From IMG/VR virus record IMGVR_UViG_3300023175_000005, positions 1 through 64,000 of that record: a stretch of 64,000 nucleotides of DNA; one strand, 5' to 3'. Of this stretch, positions 24,006-34,317 are shown piece by piece; position 1 is the first letter of the stretch; the number at the start of each line of letters is the position of its first letter. The position numbers and the translations under genes are program-made. The notes beneath the pieces were generated by a model that saw only the letters and a list, made by a program, of their open reading frames with translations, ran no database searches and was not told the DNA's origin.

Positions 24006-25469
24006 TTATTTCCAATCTACTTTTTCTATAGTGAAAGGATATTGTGCTTCCTTATAGAATTTTTTGCGCTGTGTTAAATGTCTCTTTGCAAATTTGCACG
24101 TTGAAGTGATATCCCAAATTTGTACAAAGTCTTTGTCCTTTGCCTTTCTTACGCCTCTGCCTATAGATTGAATAACTCTTACGAATGATTTGCCTGGTTC
24201 TATGAGAACAAGATTAAAAATACGAGGAATATTAATGCCGACGGCAGCAACGCCATACGTAGCAATGACCACGTGATTTGTTCCTTCGTTAATTTCGTCA
24301 TATGCGTCCTTTCTATCTTTTAATTTTACATCGCCTTTAACAAAAACTGATCCTGGAATAAGTTCTTGTAACATTTCGCCTGCACTAATTCTATCTACTA
24401 GAATAAGTGTATTGCCTGATTCTTTTACACTGTTTAATATTTTGCCTATATATTCTACTCTTTCTTTATTTGTAACTAGATATTTTAATTCTTCTTGATA
24501 GTTACTATGTGCAACAGTATCCATTAGTTGCACAATATTAACATGACACTGCGCAAGTACGCCCTTGTCTTGTAATTCTTTTGCTGATATTTCACCGATA
24601 ACTGGACCTAAACTTGCATGTATACTTTCAAATTCAAACTTTTCTTTAGGTATAGTTCCTGTTAGTCCCCAACGTATTGGTGCATTTTTTAAGTTACGTG
24701 TTAATAAATTTTTCAATACTTCCGCTTTTGCTTGATGAACCTCATCAACAATAACGGTGCTCACACCATCTAAGAACTCTGCAAGCGATAGTACTGCGGA
24801 ACCGTCCTTGTGCTTCTTGTCAAGTATATTCAAACTTTGCCAAGTGCAGATGGTGTGAGTCTTACCCAACTCTTTTCTATCTCCAAAATAAACCCCTACA
24901 TCAAGTCCGCAATTAATGTAATCTTCTTCTGTTTGTGTTACAAGAGATTTGTTTGGTACAATAACAAGACTGCGTCCATACTTTTCACTCATATGTGATA
25001 GTGTAGCAGTTGTAATAGTTTTGCCAGCGCCTGTTGCAATCTGTTGTAGGCTTTGTGGATTGTTTGCAAAGTTGTTGATTGCTTCTACTTGATAGTCACG
25101 CAGAATAATTTCTTCACCTTCAGCAGGATGTCCTTTGGGCCAACGCACACCTTGGTCAGCCCAGTAGCGTTCCGTTACTTGATCAAAACTTAAATCAATA
25201 GGATGTCGTCTGTCTTCAATGTCAACTATTTGAACATTGTTTTTTGCAAGCACTTCGGTAACAGTATCTAAATGATTAACATAGCCAGTACCGCCGATAC
25301 CAAAGAAAGCAACTTTGCCGTCCCACCTGCCAAGTTTATACTGTGGCATATATCGTGCGTATGGCACTTCAAACTTGAGAGCGTTGGAAAGTTTACGGCG
25401 TACATCTACGTCTAAACCTTCTAGTTTGATGTTTACTTCATCTTCAATAATTAATTTGCAACTAGCCAT
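24006..25469 (-). CDS. uvsW: SF2 helicase UvsW-like
   Basis: LRDYQ, ATGAGKT, DEVH, GLTGT, QSIGRGVR. Confidence 0.92.
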   Translation of the reverse strand: MASCKLIIEDEVNIKLEGLDVDVRRKLSNALKFEVPYARYMPQYKLGRWDGKVAFFGIGGTGYVNHLDTVTEVLAKNNVQIVDIEDRRHPIDLSFDQVTERYWADQGVRWPKGHPAEGEEIILRDYQVEAINNFANNPQSLQQIATGAGKTITTATLSHMSEKYGRSLVIVPNKSLVTQTEEDYINCGLDVGVYFGDRKELGKTHTICTWQSLNILDKKHKDGSAVLSLAEFLDGVSTVIVDEVHQAKAEVLKNLLTRNLKNAPIRWGLTGTIPKEKFEFESIHASLGPVIGEISAKELQDKGVLAQCHVNIVQLMDTVAHSNYQEELKYLVTNKERVEYIGKILNSVKESGNTLILVDRISAGEMLQELIPGSVFVKGDVKLKDRKDAYDEINEGTNHVVIATYGVAAVGINIPRIFNLVLIEPGKSFVRVIQSIGRGVRKAKDKDFVQIWDITSTCKFAKRHLTQRKKFYKEAQYPFTIEKVDWK

Positions 25470-26680
25470 TAATAGTTTCTTCCTGCAAAATATGAAACAC
25501 GCTCATCGTGAAGTATAATTAAATCGCTTATACTAGTGCAATATGTTTGTACTAATGTGTGAGGTCTATGAGACGTTATGCAATACACGCTAGAAGGTTT
25601 CCAATCTGTTTTTAACAATAGTTTAGGTAATTTGTTTTTAGCAATATACACAACTTTTGTGTTTTTGTCAAGCCAGTTGTTTAAGGTGTTTTCTGAGATG
25701 TAATTATTAAGATCTGATTGTGCTGAATTTTTTTCTACACGGAACAAAATAGTTTGATCTGAATCAGCAAAAACATATTTTAGACTCTTATGTACTTTGG
25801 TTACTTGATTGTAAGCCTCATGTTCATCGATTAAAACTAAAAGTGGAAATCTTTCTAATTGTATTAAAGATTCTACAATAGAATCAAAGTTATGTTGGCT
25901 AGGCTGTATTAATACACTTGTACTATTTCTATACGCAATTTTTTCTATTAAATGCCCATCAGAACTTTTTTCTGGCAAGTGATATTGATGTATAAATCTG
26001 TTATCATATGCTTTTAATTCTGTAAAAATTTTATCATCTAAATTTGCACTTTTTGGTGCATTTAAAATTTTACCATCTTTGTAATAGGGCAAATATTTAT
26101 GAATACCTTCTTCTTTTATATGTACAATTTCTTCGTATGCATCTAAAATTTCTTGTTGTATTGAAAAGTTTTTTGATTTAAATACAGACACTAATTCAAA
26201 GATATTGTTTTCTGTAAGTCGTACAAAGTGTACTTGTGTAGATTTTATATGGTGTTTTTGTTGATAGGGAATGTTACAACTATCTAGTGCAACTATTAAT
26301 TTTTTAGAAAAAGGAAATCTAATTTTCATCCACTTCCATTTTTCTTTGCTAGACTCATATACTTGATCTACGTAAACATCTTTAGTATCAACAAGTTTAA
26401 TACTTTGTTCTCTGTTAATTGTCCGCAAAGGATACTTCAAACTTTCTACTACTGTTTGAAAGTTTGTTATACCACTCTCAATAAATTGATCTTGCATGTC
26501 AAACATTTTTTGTTTCATAAGATTAAACTGTCTATCAGTAAGTGCAGTGCCTTGAAAGGTTTGTCTAGCAATACTATAAATAATCTTAGAATCAGACGGA
26601 TTTATACTGTATTTAAAATCTGTTTGTTTTAATCCTGTGACAAGATGCAATAAATCTTCAATGTTTTCAACTGTATCCAT
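25469..26680 (-). CDS. Hypothetical protein
   Basis: 403-aa ORF with a sigma70 promoter close to the ATG. Confidence 0.75.
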   Translation of the reverse strand: MDTVENIEDLLHLVTGLKQTDFKYSINPSDSKIIYSIARQTFQGTALTDRQFNLMKQKMFDMQDQFIESGITNFQTVVESLKYPLRTINREQSIKLVDTKDVYVDQVYESSKEKWKWMKIRFPFSKKLIVALDSCNIPYQQKHHIKSTQVHFVRLTENNIFELVSVFKSKNFSIQQEILDAYEEIVHIKEEGIHKYLPYYKDGKILNAPKSANLDDKIFTELKAYDNRFIHQYHLPEKSSDGHLIEKIAYRNSTSVLIQPSQHNFDSIVESLIQLERFPLLVLIDEHEAYNQVTKVHKSLKYVFADSDQTILFRVEKNSAQSDLNNYISENTLNNWLDKNTKVVYIAKNKLPKLLLKTDWKPSSVYCITSHRPHTLVQTYCTSISDLIILHDERVSYFAGRNY

Positions 26681-26696
26681 GTTATTAATATAACAT

Positions 26697-27548
26697 CTAT
26701 AGTTTGTTTGTCAAGTTTTTAAAAGGTAATCCGTTTGCAATTTCAGTAATTGTGTATTCTGTCCAAGCATAATCGTTACGCCATTGTATTCTATCAGGCA
26801 TTAAAGGATTTTCTATATCATGTAAAAAGTCTATATCATTGGCTACAGGATAAGCAAGACTAGAAGGACTAACAAAAGCAGGAACACCTTGAAGTATAGA
26901 ATGACAGCCAGGATTACTACTATGGCTAATAGTAGCCCATATGTTATCAAAGCCCATATCAAAATCATCATAAGTCCCGGCAATGTGTCTTGGCTCCTGT
27001 CTTACTACATATCGCAAACCACGTTCTATATGTTCAAGTCTACATCTTGGATGAGGACGGAATATAATAGGACGATTGGTATGTTTGCGTACTTCGTCAT
27101 ATGTATTTAAGAACCAATTGCTCATACGTGGCATGTCTTGCCATTGTAGACTTTTATCATGCTGTCCGCATATCAATATGTATTCGCCGTCTTTGCGCCA
27201 AGGCTTTAACGCCATTCCAAATGCACTAGCACGATGATTAGAGTTATCTGGTTCACCAAAATAAGCGTCTCTGTTTATACCGTCTAATCCTACTTTCCAA
27301 GTTGTGCCTCTTTGTATACCACCAACTTCTAAAACAACAACGGGTCTATTTTTTCTTTTTGCTGCTTCCCAGATTTTTTGGTTAGGAGCCATCCTGCCAT
27401 TGAATAAGACACTCCATATGACATCGATACCATCAGTGCTATTATCAACACACTTATGACCATTAGCAATAGCGCCAACACGAAAGGCATCAAAAATAGG
27501 CTTAGAATTAAGTGCGCCATAATTTGTCCATAAATTAAATAGGGCCAT
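26697..27548 (-). CDS. KpsC/KpsS-like (capsule polysaccharide biosynthesis family) GT-B protein
   Basis: LEVG, ILICGQHDKS, IFRPHP, SHSSNPGCHSILQGVP. Confidence 0.7.
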   Translation of the reverse strand: MALFNLWTNYGALNSKPIFDAFRVGAIANGHKCVDNSTDGIDVIWSVLFNGRMAPNQKIWEAAKRKNRPVVVLEVGGIQRGTTWKVGLDGINRDAYFGEPDNSNHRASAFGMALKPWRKDGEYILICGQHDKSLQWQDMPRMSNWFLNTYDEVRKHTNRPIIFRPHPRCRLEHIERGLRYVVRQEPRHIAGTYDDFDMGFDNIWATISHSSNPGCHSILQGVPAFVSPSSLAYPVANDIDFLHDIENPLMPDRIQWRNDYAWTEYTITEIANGLPFKNLTNKL

Positions 27549-28446
27549 CCGGTCCTAGTTTCCTTGCTATTGTGCCGTAATCTATTTCGTCTTTTAATCC
27601 TGCCTTGTAATGTTTCATATAAGGGTCTAGAACGCTTCTAGGCATACATGTTTTGTGTACATGTTCAGGATTTAAATCTAGCATTTGTGCTCCTGCGGCT
27701 TGCATTACCTCTACAGTTTTACCATAAACTTCTCCGTCATAAAATCTACGGATATCTTTATGATCGTCATTGTAGTAGATGTTTTTATATGTTTCCTTAA
27801 AATCGTTAAATTGTTTATGATTTTTATTTAGAATAAAAAATCCTGTTTCACAACTAAACCATCTTTTGCCTTCTACATTATGCACTACGCCTAAGTGAGT
27901 GCTTAGATATCTGTCGTCTGAAAGTAAATCTAACAATTGAGGGTGTATAGGTGCATTGATAATTAAGTCTGCATCTAACCAAATTAGTCTATCACAATCA
28001 ATGTTTTCCATTGCATCAATAATAGTAAAACCTTTTTTTGCAAATGTTGCAACTTTTTTATTTACAGGCCACCAGCGTTCTTGAAACTTATTATATTCTT
28101 CTCCTAAGTCAAAGCCTCTTAATCTAATTCTAGATTTAACTTTAGGACGAAAAGCTTCATTATACAATTCAAAACGTATTCCTTTATTAAGATTATGGAT
28201 TACACTTTTTAAAAAGTATCTTCCGTATTTGTTGAAATACTTATGATCCATACTACTGATTGCAGTAAAACGTTTAGCACCTCCACGTTTATTTTGTACA
28301 ACTTCATTTACAATATGTTTAATCCATCTTTTCTTTTCAAATGTATTAATAGATACATGTCCTTCTCTACATACATAAACTATTTCTTCATATTTTACAA
28401 CCACACCTTTATCGTAAGTTGTATTTGGTTGCCAAATGTGTGCCAT
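27535..28446 (-). CDS. GT-A glycosyltransferase with N-terminal CBM5/12-like module
   Basis: WQPNTTYDKGVVVKY...YVC; LIWLDAD; CETGFF. Confidence 0.75.
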   Translation of the reverse strand: MAHIWQPNTTYDKGVVVKYEEIVYVCREGHVSINTFEKKRWIKHIVNEVVQNKRGGAKRFTAISSMDHKYFNKYGRYFLKSVIHNLNKGIRFELYNEAFRPKVKSRIRLRGFDLGEEYNKFQERWWPVNKKVATFAKKGFTIIDAMENIDCDRLIWLDADLIINAPIHPQLLDLLSDDRYLSTHLGVVHNVEGKRWFSCETGFFILNKNHKQFNDFKETYKNIYYNDDHKDIRRFYDGEVYGKTVEVMQAAGAQMLDLNPEHVHKTCMPRSVLDPYMKHYKAGLKDEIDYGTIARKLGPDGPI

Positions 28447-29285
28447 TATATTGCTCCCCAATATGCTTCTTGTCGTTTTTCTATCAAGTCTTTAGATAAA
28501 CTTTTTCCAGTATTCTTTCTTGCGCCTTTCATATGGTCTATCCAGCGTCCTAATTCTGTATTAATTAAAGGATGGCCGCCGCCACCTGTGTGTGCAGTTT
28601 TCATCATAAATCCTTCGGTATAATCATAAACATTAGGATGATCTATTTTGATTCTGTTTAGTATTATTCCAAACACATAACTGTCATGCCATTCTTCCAT
28701 TTGAAATATACCTGTTTCTGCATTTTCGTAAACATGCTCAAATTGACGTAAAAATTCTGTACAAACTTGGTTGTTTAGATTCATACCATAAAACCCACAC
28801 TCTGGCCATGTTGCTGCTTTTTTACCTCTGCCTACATATGTCATCCATTTATCATCTGGCAACAGTTCTTTAAATTGTTCGTATGACCACGGACTATGCA
28901 CGTATGTATCTGCATCCATCCATACACACCAGTCATCACAACGTTCGGCTGCGTCAAATACTGCATATACTTTGTTAGCAAATCTAACTGCGTCCCATTT
29001 AAATTCTTTATGATGGTCTCTTGGACGCTTTTGAGGCCATGGACATTTGCCATTTGCCTTGGGAACATTCTTCCAAGTTTCTTTAAACTTGTTTAGTTTT
29101 GGTAACACTTGTTTTGCATCTAAAACTATAATTTGATCAGTATCTTTGACAATAGGATTACAGTCTTCTGCATATACATACATTTTAATTTTTTTGTCTA
29201 CATTATCTTCAAAAGAAGTTATAAAGCGTTGACCATATTTTTCTAAACCTTCTTTATGAAATGTTGTTAGCACATTTATATTCAT
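28446..29285 (-). CDS. GT-A glycosyltransferase
   Basis: FANKVYA, VWMDAD, ECGFY, WHDSYVF, DHMKG. Confidence 0.75.
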   Translation of the reverse strand: MNINVLTTFHKEGLEKYGQRFITSFEDNVDKKIKMYVYAEDCNPIVKDTDQIIVLDAKQVLPKLNKFKETWKNVPKANGKCPWPQKRPRDHHKEFKWDAVRFANKVYAVFDAAERCDDWCVWMDADTYVHSPWSYEQFKELLPDDKWMTYVGRGKKAATWPECGFYGMNLNNQVCTEFLRQFEHVYENAETGIFQMEEWHDSYVFGIILNRIKIDHPNVYDYTEGFMMKTAHTGGGGHPLINTELGRWIDHMKGARKNTGKSLSKDLIEKRQEAYWGAI

Positions 29286-30196
29286 TTTAAATAATCCTTC
29301 ATTACTGACCACGCTTTACCCGATTGTAAATCATCAAAGTTATAATGACTCATTGCAATCTTTTCAATCCATTGTTCTCTCACAGGCATCAAAGGATATT
29401 CTATTTTACTAAGATCAAAATTTGCAACTTTATATGCTTGACTTTTGTTAGGTGACGGGTCTGTTACAAACACAGGAATTCCATCAATTGCTGCTGCTAC
29501 ACCAGGAGAACTATTATATGTTACCACTGCCCAACATTTATGAAAGTCTGCAAGTATACTTGCTTGTTTACTTATTTTTACACCAGGTATGTTTATTTTT
29601 TGCCATCTAGTGTTTTTCTTATCTCCAGGATGTCCTCGTACAATAATTTGTCTATCAGTATGTTGTCTTAATTGATGTATAGTTGCCATTAGCCATTTAT
29701 TAGCATCTTGTCCGCCCATACTCCAACCGCCGTTACGTTGCATACAAATAAGAATATGTTTACCAGTTTTACGCCAAGGTTTCAACCCAATATTTAGATC
29801 TCTTTGTATTTGCTGCCATCTTTCAGGATCTGGATTATCAGTAAAATATTGTCCTGTGTTAGGAAATACATCATTTAAACTAAATCTCAAATACGATTTA
29901 GTATTGCCGGGATCTCTATAAAGAAACAAATTACTATCAATTGCTAGTGTGTGTTTGCCTATTGCTTTTTGGTTATCTATTATAAGCCGTCTAAATTGTA
30001 GATGTGGTGAACGCTGGCTTCCAGGATGCACCCAGCCTTGTATGACAGCAAGATCGGAAGGCTGCCAGTGTTTAGTGTGAATTTGTTCGCTCCAAGGCTT
30101 AGGCACACCTTCGTGGAAATTATCAAGAACTTTAACCTTTTCTTGGTTTTTATTTCTTGGCGGTATGCCTGCATAATAAACTCTAACTTTTTTCAT
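29282..30196 (-). CDS. KpsC/KpsS-like GT-B protein
   Basis: ILICMQR, IVRGHP, VTYNSSPGVAAAIDGIPV. Confidence 0.7.
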   Translation of the reverse strand: MKKVRVYYAGIPPRNKNQEKVKVLDNFHEGVPKPWSEQIHTKHWQPSDLAVIQGWVHPGSQRSPHLQFRRLIIDNQKAIGKHTLAIDSNLFLYRDPGNTKSYLRFSLNDVFPNTGQYFTDNPDPERWQQIQRDLNIGLKPWRKTGKHILICMQRNGGWSMGGQDANKWLMATIHQLRQHTDRQIIVRGHPGDKKNTRWQKINIPGVKISKQASILADFHKCWAVVTYNSSPGVAAAIDGIPVFVTDPSPNKSQAYKVANFDLSKIEYPLMPVREQWIEKIAMSHYNFDDLQSGKAWSVMKDYLK

Positions 30197-30953
30197 CTAC
30201 CAACATCCTGTATGCTTTGCCACTCTTAAGTTCATCTGTATGGAATTGTCCGTAAGCTAAGTGACATGCCCATTTATATATCTTTTCTTCCTCTTGTATT
30301 GTAGGGTTTTCTAATAAACTTATATCTTGATCACATACAACGTCTGCTGCTGTTGGTGCTAGTGTAAAGGCAGGTACCCCATATAACACACTTTCTACTG
30401 CTGCTATACTTTGATATGTAACTAATGCATGGCAATTGTTTAAATCATCATATATTGTTTTTATGATGCGTTCCGGTCTAGATGCTTTGTCTCTAATTAC
30501 TATAGGTCGATCTGTGTATTGTTTGATTTTTTCTACTGTTTCTCTAACCCAGTTGTCTCTATCTATGCCGTAAAACTTACAAGGTTTTTCACTTGGTGTT
30601 ACTAACAATATATGTTTGCCTTTTTTAGGTTTATGTATTTCTTGCCCTAGTCTTCGCCATCTATCATCAGGTCTATCTATAATATGCTTGTGCTGTAAGT
30701 CGTTTTTTACAATTCTATGCCAAACTTTCCAACCTAATGGATTGCCTGGAGATTTATAATTTCCTATATACCCACTATCCATGTAATAAAACTGTCTACC
30801 TGTTTCCCAACATTCTTTTATTAATTTTCTTTTTGCCATAGATCTAAATATAATATCTCCCTTTGTTCCGGGTGATGTAACAATATCTAATCCAGATCCC
30901 TTTGCAAATAAATTAATAAATTGATCAGTTTTATTTTTAGAGAGACATATCAT
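30183..30953 (-). CDS. KpsC/KpsS-like GT-B protein
   Basis: YMDSGY, IVIRDK, VTYQSIAAVESVLYGVP. Confidence 0.65.
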   Translation of the reverse strand: MICLSKNKTDQFINLFAKGSGLDIVTSPGTKGDIIFRSMAKRKLIKECWETGRQFYYMDSGYIGNYKSPGNPLGWKVWHRIVKNDLQHKHIIDRPDDRWRRLGQEIHKPKKGKHILLVTPSEKPCKFYGIDRDNWVRETVEKIKQYTDRPIVIRDKASRPERIIKTIYDDLNNCHALVTYQSIAAVESVLYGVPAFTLAPTAADVVCDQDISLLENPTIQEEEKIYKWACHLAYGQFHTDELKSGKAYRMLVDEKS

Positions 30954-31620
30954 CCATCATCTCGTATAATTCGTTTTTCCATAGATCGGCAAATTCACAA
31001 TTACGATAATTTTCAAACCATGGACCGCCTTCGGTATAATGAATTAATTTTGGAACATCAATGTCATCGTAAACACCAACAAGATAATTCCAAGTATGAT
31101 CTAATTCTCCAATTTCTTCATCATTTAACCAACTAAATCTGTGTAAGTATGCTCCGTTAATTTCTGGATCATTTACTAAGTCTTGTGTAAGTGTAGCATT
31201 ACTAGGATGTGAACAGTTGAACAACATAACACTTGACCAATTTTTACGTGGATAGATAGTTTGTTTTTGCCCGTCCATCTTTGTACCTTCTTTAGGTGTG
31301 TAATCATGCTTTACACACATTACAGCATATTTGTCATCTGCTTGATCGAATAGTTCTTTAATGTCTGTTGTAAGGATCATGTCGCAATCCATAAACAGTG
31401 CCCAGCCTTTAAAATCTGTAAGTTCAGGGATTAGAAATCTTGTAAATGTAAATTCTGTACTAGCAAGTTTATCTGCCTTTCTTTTATACCAGCCCGAATC
31501 TCTTAATTCTTGCTGTTTTAGCGGGCGTACATCCGCTCCTGGCTGTTTGCTTAGTATACTATGCTTGCAAACTTGATATGCAATATCTTCTCTAGTATCA
31601 TAACCTACAAATATCTTCAT
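30937..31620 (-). CDS. GT8-like glycosyltransferase
   Basis: STEFTFTRF, FMDCD, RKNWSS, WNYLVG, HYTEGGPW. Confidence 0.85.
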   Translation of the reverse strand: MKIFVGYDTREDIAYQVCKHSILSKQPGADVRPLKQQELRDSGWYKRKADKLASTEFTFTRFLIPELTDFKGWALFMDCDMILTTDIKELFDQADDKYAVMCVKHDYTPKEGTKMDGQKQTIYPRKNWSSVMLFNCSHPSNATLTQDLVNDPEINGAYLHRFSWLNDEEIGELDHTWNYLVGVYDDIDVPKLIHYTEGGPWFENYRNCEFADLWKNELYEMMDDMSL

Positions 31621-32390
31621 TAATCTCTTCTTTCAATATCATCTTCAGTTAGTTCGTCTCCCATCCATACTTCGATAACTTTTGCAGTAATATCGCCTAC
31701 ATTTGTGGCTTTGTGCCAAGTGTTTACAGGGATATCAATACTGTCTCCTGAGTAGTATGTTTTGTTTTCTCTATCCCCATTTGGATATTCTAAACTCATC
31801 ATTATTGTACCTTGTACAATATGCCAATGCTCTGAGCGTACTAAGTGTCTTTGATCGCTAAGGCTTTTACCAACGTCAAACGCAAGTTCTTTTACTTGCC
31901 AGCCGCCGTTTTTATCTAAAATCTTATAAGTGCCCCATGCACGTTGAGTGATTGGTTTATCCCAATTACTAAGAATCCAACTACTTGAATTTTTCTTATT
32001 TGTGCCTCCTACGCCCCAAACAAATTCTACATCTTTTCGATCGCCATATGTTTTCCATTCTGGAGTATTTGTAGCACTGTCTCTATCGCCGCCGTTTGCA
32101 AATATAATTTTAGAATTTTCAGTTGTTGCCATAGTTTTAAAAATTGCACCACATGCACTGTTATCGCTGTCATCAAATGCAACAATTCTATCAACAAAAG
32201 AAAGTTCGTCTATAATTGCTGCACGTTCTTCAAACGGCATAAAAGGTCTTCCTTTTTTACGTGTTAACCATTCGTCACTATTAATTCCAACAAATAACTT
32301 ATCACCTAGTTCTTTTGCTGCTTTCATATAATCAATATGACCTGAATGTAGTGGATCAAAACCACCTGTTACTAATACAATTTTTTCCAT
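31620..32390 (-). CDS. HXGH cytidylyltransferase fused to an MPI type-II cupin
   Basis: TGGFDPLHSGH, FANGGDR, KNSSS; RAWG, LSDQRH..RSEHW. Confidence 0.88.
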   Translation of the reverse strand: MEKIVLVTGGFDPLHSGHIDYMKAAKELGDKLFVGINSDEWLTRKKGRPFMPFEERAAIIDELSFVDRIVAFDDSDNSACGAIFKTMATTENSKIIFANGGDRDSATNTPEWKTYGDRKDVEFVWGVGGTNKKNSSSWILSNWDKPITQRAWGTYKILDKNGGWQVKELAFDVGKSLSDQRHLVRSEHWHIVQGTIMMSLEYPNGDRENKTYYSGDSIDIPVNTWHKATNVGDITAKVIEVWMGDELTEDDIERRD

Positions 32391-32425
32391 ACTGTATTTA
32401 TATACGTATATAACTTAAAAAAAGT

Positions 32426-32995
32426 TTATTGGTTGTATCCTAGTATATCAAAGTCTTTGTAAAAATATTCTTTGACGATTTCTTTACTAGATTTATCATA
32501 ATCATTTTGCCATATACTTTTTTTATTACTTTTATTACTTAAAGGCAAATCTGCTTCTATATTCAAGTATCTTTTTACTGGAATTATATCTTCGTGAATG
32601 TTTTCTAAATAACATAAGAATTTTACTTTATGATTAAAAAATTCTGTTTGGGTTTTTCCCATATCACCTTGCATCCAATTAGTATTTTGGATAAACCAAT
32701 TGAATCCTTTTCTTTCATAATCTAGCCAGTACGACCATCTATTAGGTTTATGGCTCCATTTTTTTGCTATACCTACATGATAATAAAACCAACTATGAAT
32801 TCTTGCATATGGATTCCTTACAACAACAAAATGATCTTTTACAGTATATTTTTTTTCTATATCTAAAAGAGTATCATGCTTATCTCCTACATCATCGAAG
32901 GAAATATTATTTTGAATCCATCCTCTTACACTGGTGCCTCCTGCTTTAGGTATGTGTAAAAAATAAATATCTTTTTTCGGTATATATAATGCCAT
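32426..32995 (-). CDS. Sulfotransferase family 2
   Basis: FLHIPKAGGTS (PAPS loop), VRNPYARIHS. Confidence 0.85.
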   Translation of the reverse strand: MALYIPKKDIYFLHIPKAGGTSVRGWIQNNISFDDVGDKHDTLLDIEKKYTVKDHFVVVRNPYARIHSWFYYHVGIAKKWSHKPNRWSYWLDYERKGFNWFIQNTNWMQGDMGKTQTEFFNHKVKFLCYLENIHEDIIPVKRYLNIEADLPLSNKSNKKSIWQNDYDKSSKEIVKEYFYKDFDILGYNQ

Positions 32996-33006
32996 ACTAT
33001 ATTTCT

Positions 33007-33555
33007 TTAAACAAAACGTATTCGATATTTTCTACTTTTTTGTTGTGCAACAATTTCGTCTAAAATCTGTATGTTCTCTTGAGATTCTATATTACGTATG
33101 TCCATAATAATAAAACTGTTTTCATTTGTATGTTTGTTAACAATTTCCATGTATGTATTTGCAGGATAATGAAATCCACAACTTAAAAAACTATAAACAA
33201 GATCAAATGTTACATTTTCATCTATTTGAATATTGTTTGCATCTACAAAATTATATTGCATATTTTGACTATCGTAATAACGTTTTAAGTCTGTAATTTT
33301 ATTATAAAAAGACATGTTTTCAACAGACCCGTATCTAACTTGTCTAGTGCCATTGCTTTCAGAAAATTCACCATCTAGTAAATATAATTCACTTCCGTAT
33401 TTTTCTTGAAATAATTTTGATTCAGTAGCAAAGCCACATCCTATATCAAGGATACATTTAGGTTTAAATTTAATATAGGAATCAACTATATTAAAATTTA
33501 CAGTCTTTCCGTGAATGTAATCATCACGTGTCCAAAATTCTTGCCAAGTAATCAT
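33007..33555 (-). CDS. Class I SAM methyltransferase
   Basis: ILDIGCG, FDLVYS. Confidence 0.8.
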   Translation of the reverse strand: MITWQEFWTRDDYIHGKTVNFNIVDSYIKFKPKCILDIGCGFATESKLFQEKYGSELYLLDGEFSESNGTRQVRYGSVENMSFYNKITDLKRYYDSQNMQYNFVDANNIQIDENVTFDLVYSFLSCGFHYPANTYMEIVNKHTNENSFIIMDIRNIESQENIQILDEIVAQQKSRKYRIRFV

Positions 33556-33558
33556 ATT

Positions 33559-34317
33559 CTATTTACGCCTATTTTTACGTAAAAAATCATTTATTTGCTG
33601 ATGTGTCATGTCAAATTTTTCTTTAAATCTTTGAAAATATTCTTTTTTATTTGCTTTGAAATATTCTTTTTGTGTATGCTCGCCTCTACCTTCTCTAAAT
33701 GTGCTATTTCTATACCAATCTATACTTAATAATGGCGTAGTAAATTCATCCCAACCTGCATTTAAATTATACATACGCATATCTTCAGTTGCACCTTGAC
33801 CGTGATGATATGTAACATCATACCAGCCGTGTTTTTTTCTTTTTAATTCACTAATATATTTTGTATTCCATATAGTAAATATAGGCTGTGCAAACATAGG
33901 ATTTTTAATAAAATTATCAACGCCTATTTGTTCAGGTATAGCAACATCTATCCAACCATCAACATTTTCTATTTTAGAATATATTGCACTCCATTTTTCT
34001 TTCTTTAGAGATTTTGTAGTCTTTACAATAGTTTTTTTATAGTTTTGTTTTAATAATGTTGCACTAGTGGTAATAGTAACAAAGAAAGATTTTCTTTGAT
34101 TTATTTCCCTATCAAAAATTACTCTATAAGCGCCGCTTACTTTCCTATTTGTTGGTAATGGAATTCTAGTTTTAGGATGCATGGGTTCTTTGTCAGAACC
34201 GTTATCTAGTATATAGATATCTTCTTCTAACATTGATCTACAAAGCATACGATATATTTTATCTGTATGCTCTGGCATATTATAGTTTATGATATAGGTA
34301 TTAAAAGAGTCCGACAT
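33559..34317 (-). CDS. GT2-like protein
   Basis: IINYN, ILDNGSD. Confidence 0.6.
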   Translation of the reverse strand: MSDSFNTYIINYNMPEHTDKIYRMLCRSMLEEDIYILDNGSDKEPMHPKTRIPLPTNRKVSGAYRVIFDREINQRKSFFVTITTSATLLKQNYKKTIVKTTKSLKKEKWSAIYSKIENVDGWIDVAIPEQIGVDNFIKNPMFAQPIFTIWNTKYISELKRKKHGWYDVTYHHGQGATEDMRMYNLNAGWDEFTTPLLSIDWYRNSTFREGRGEHTQKEYFKANKKEYFQRFKEKFDMTHQQINDFLRKNRRK

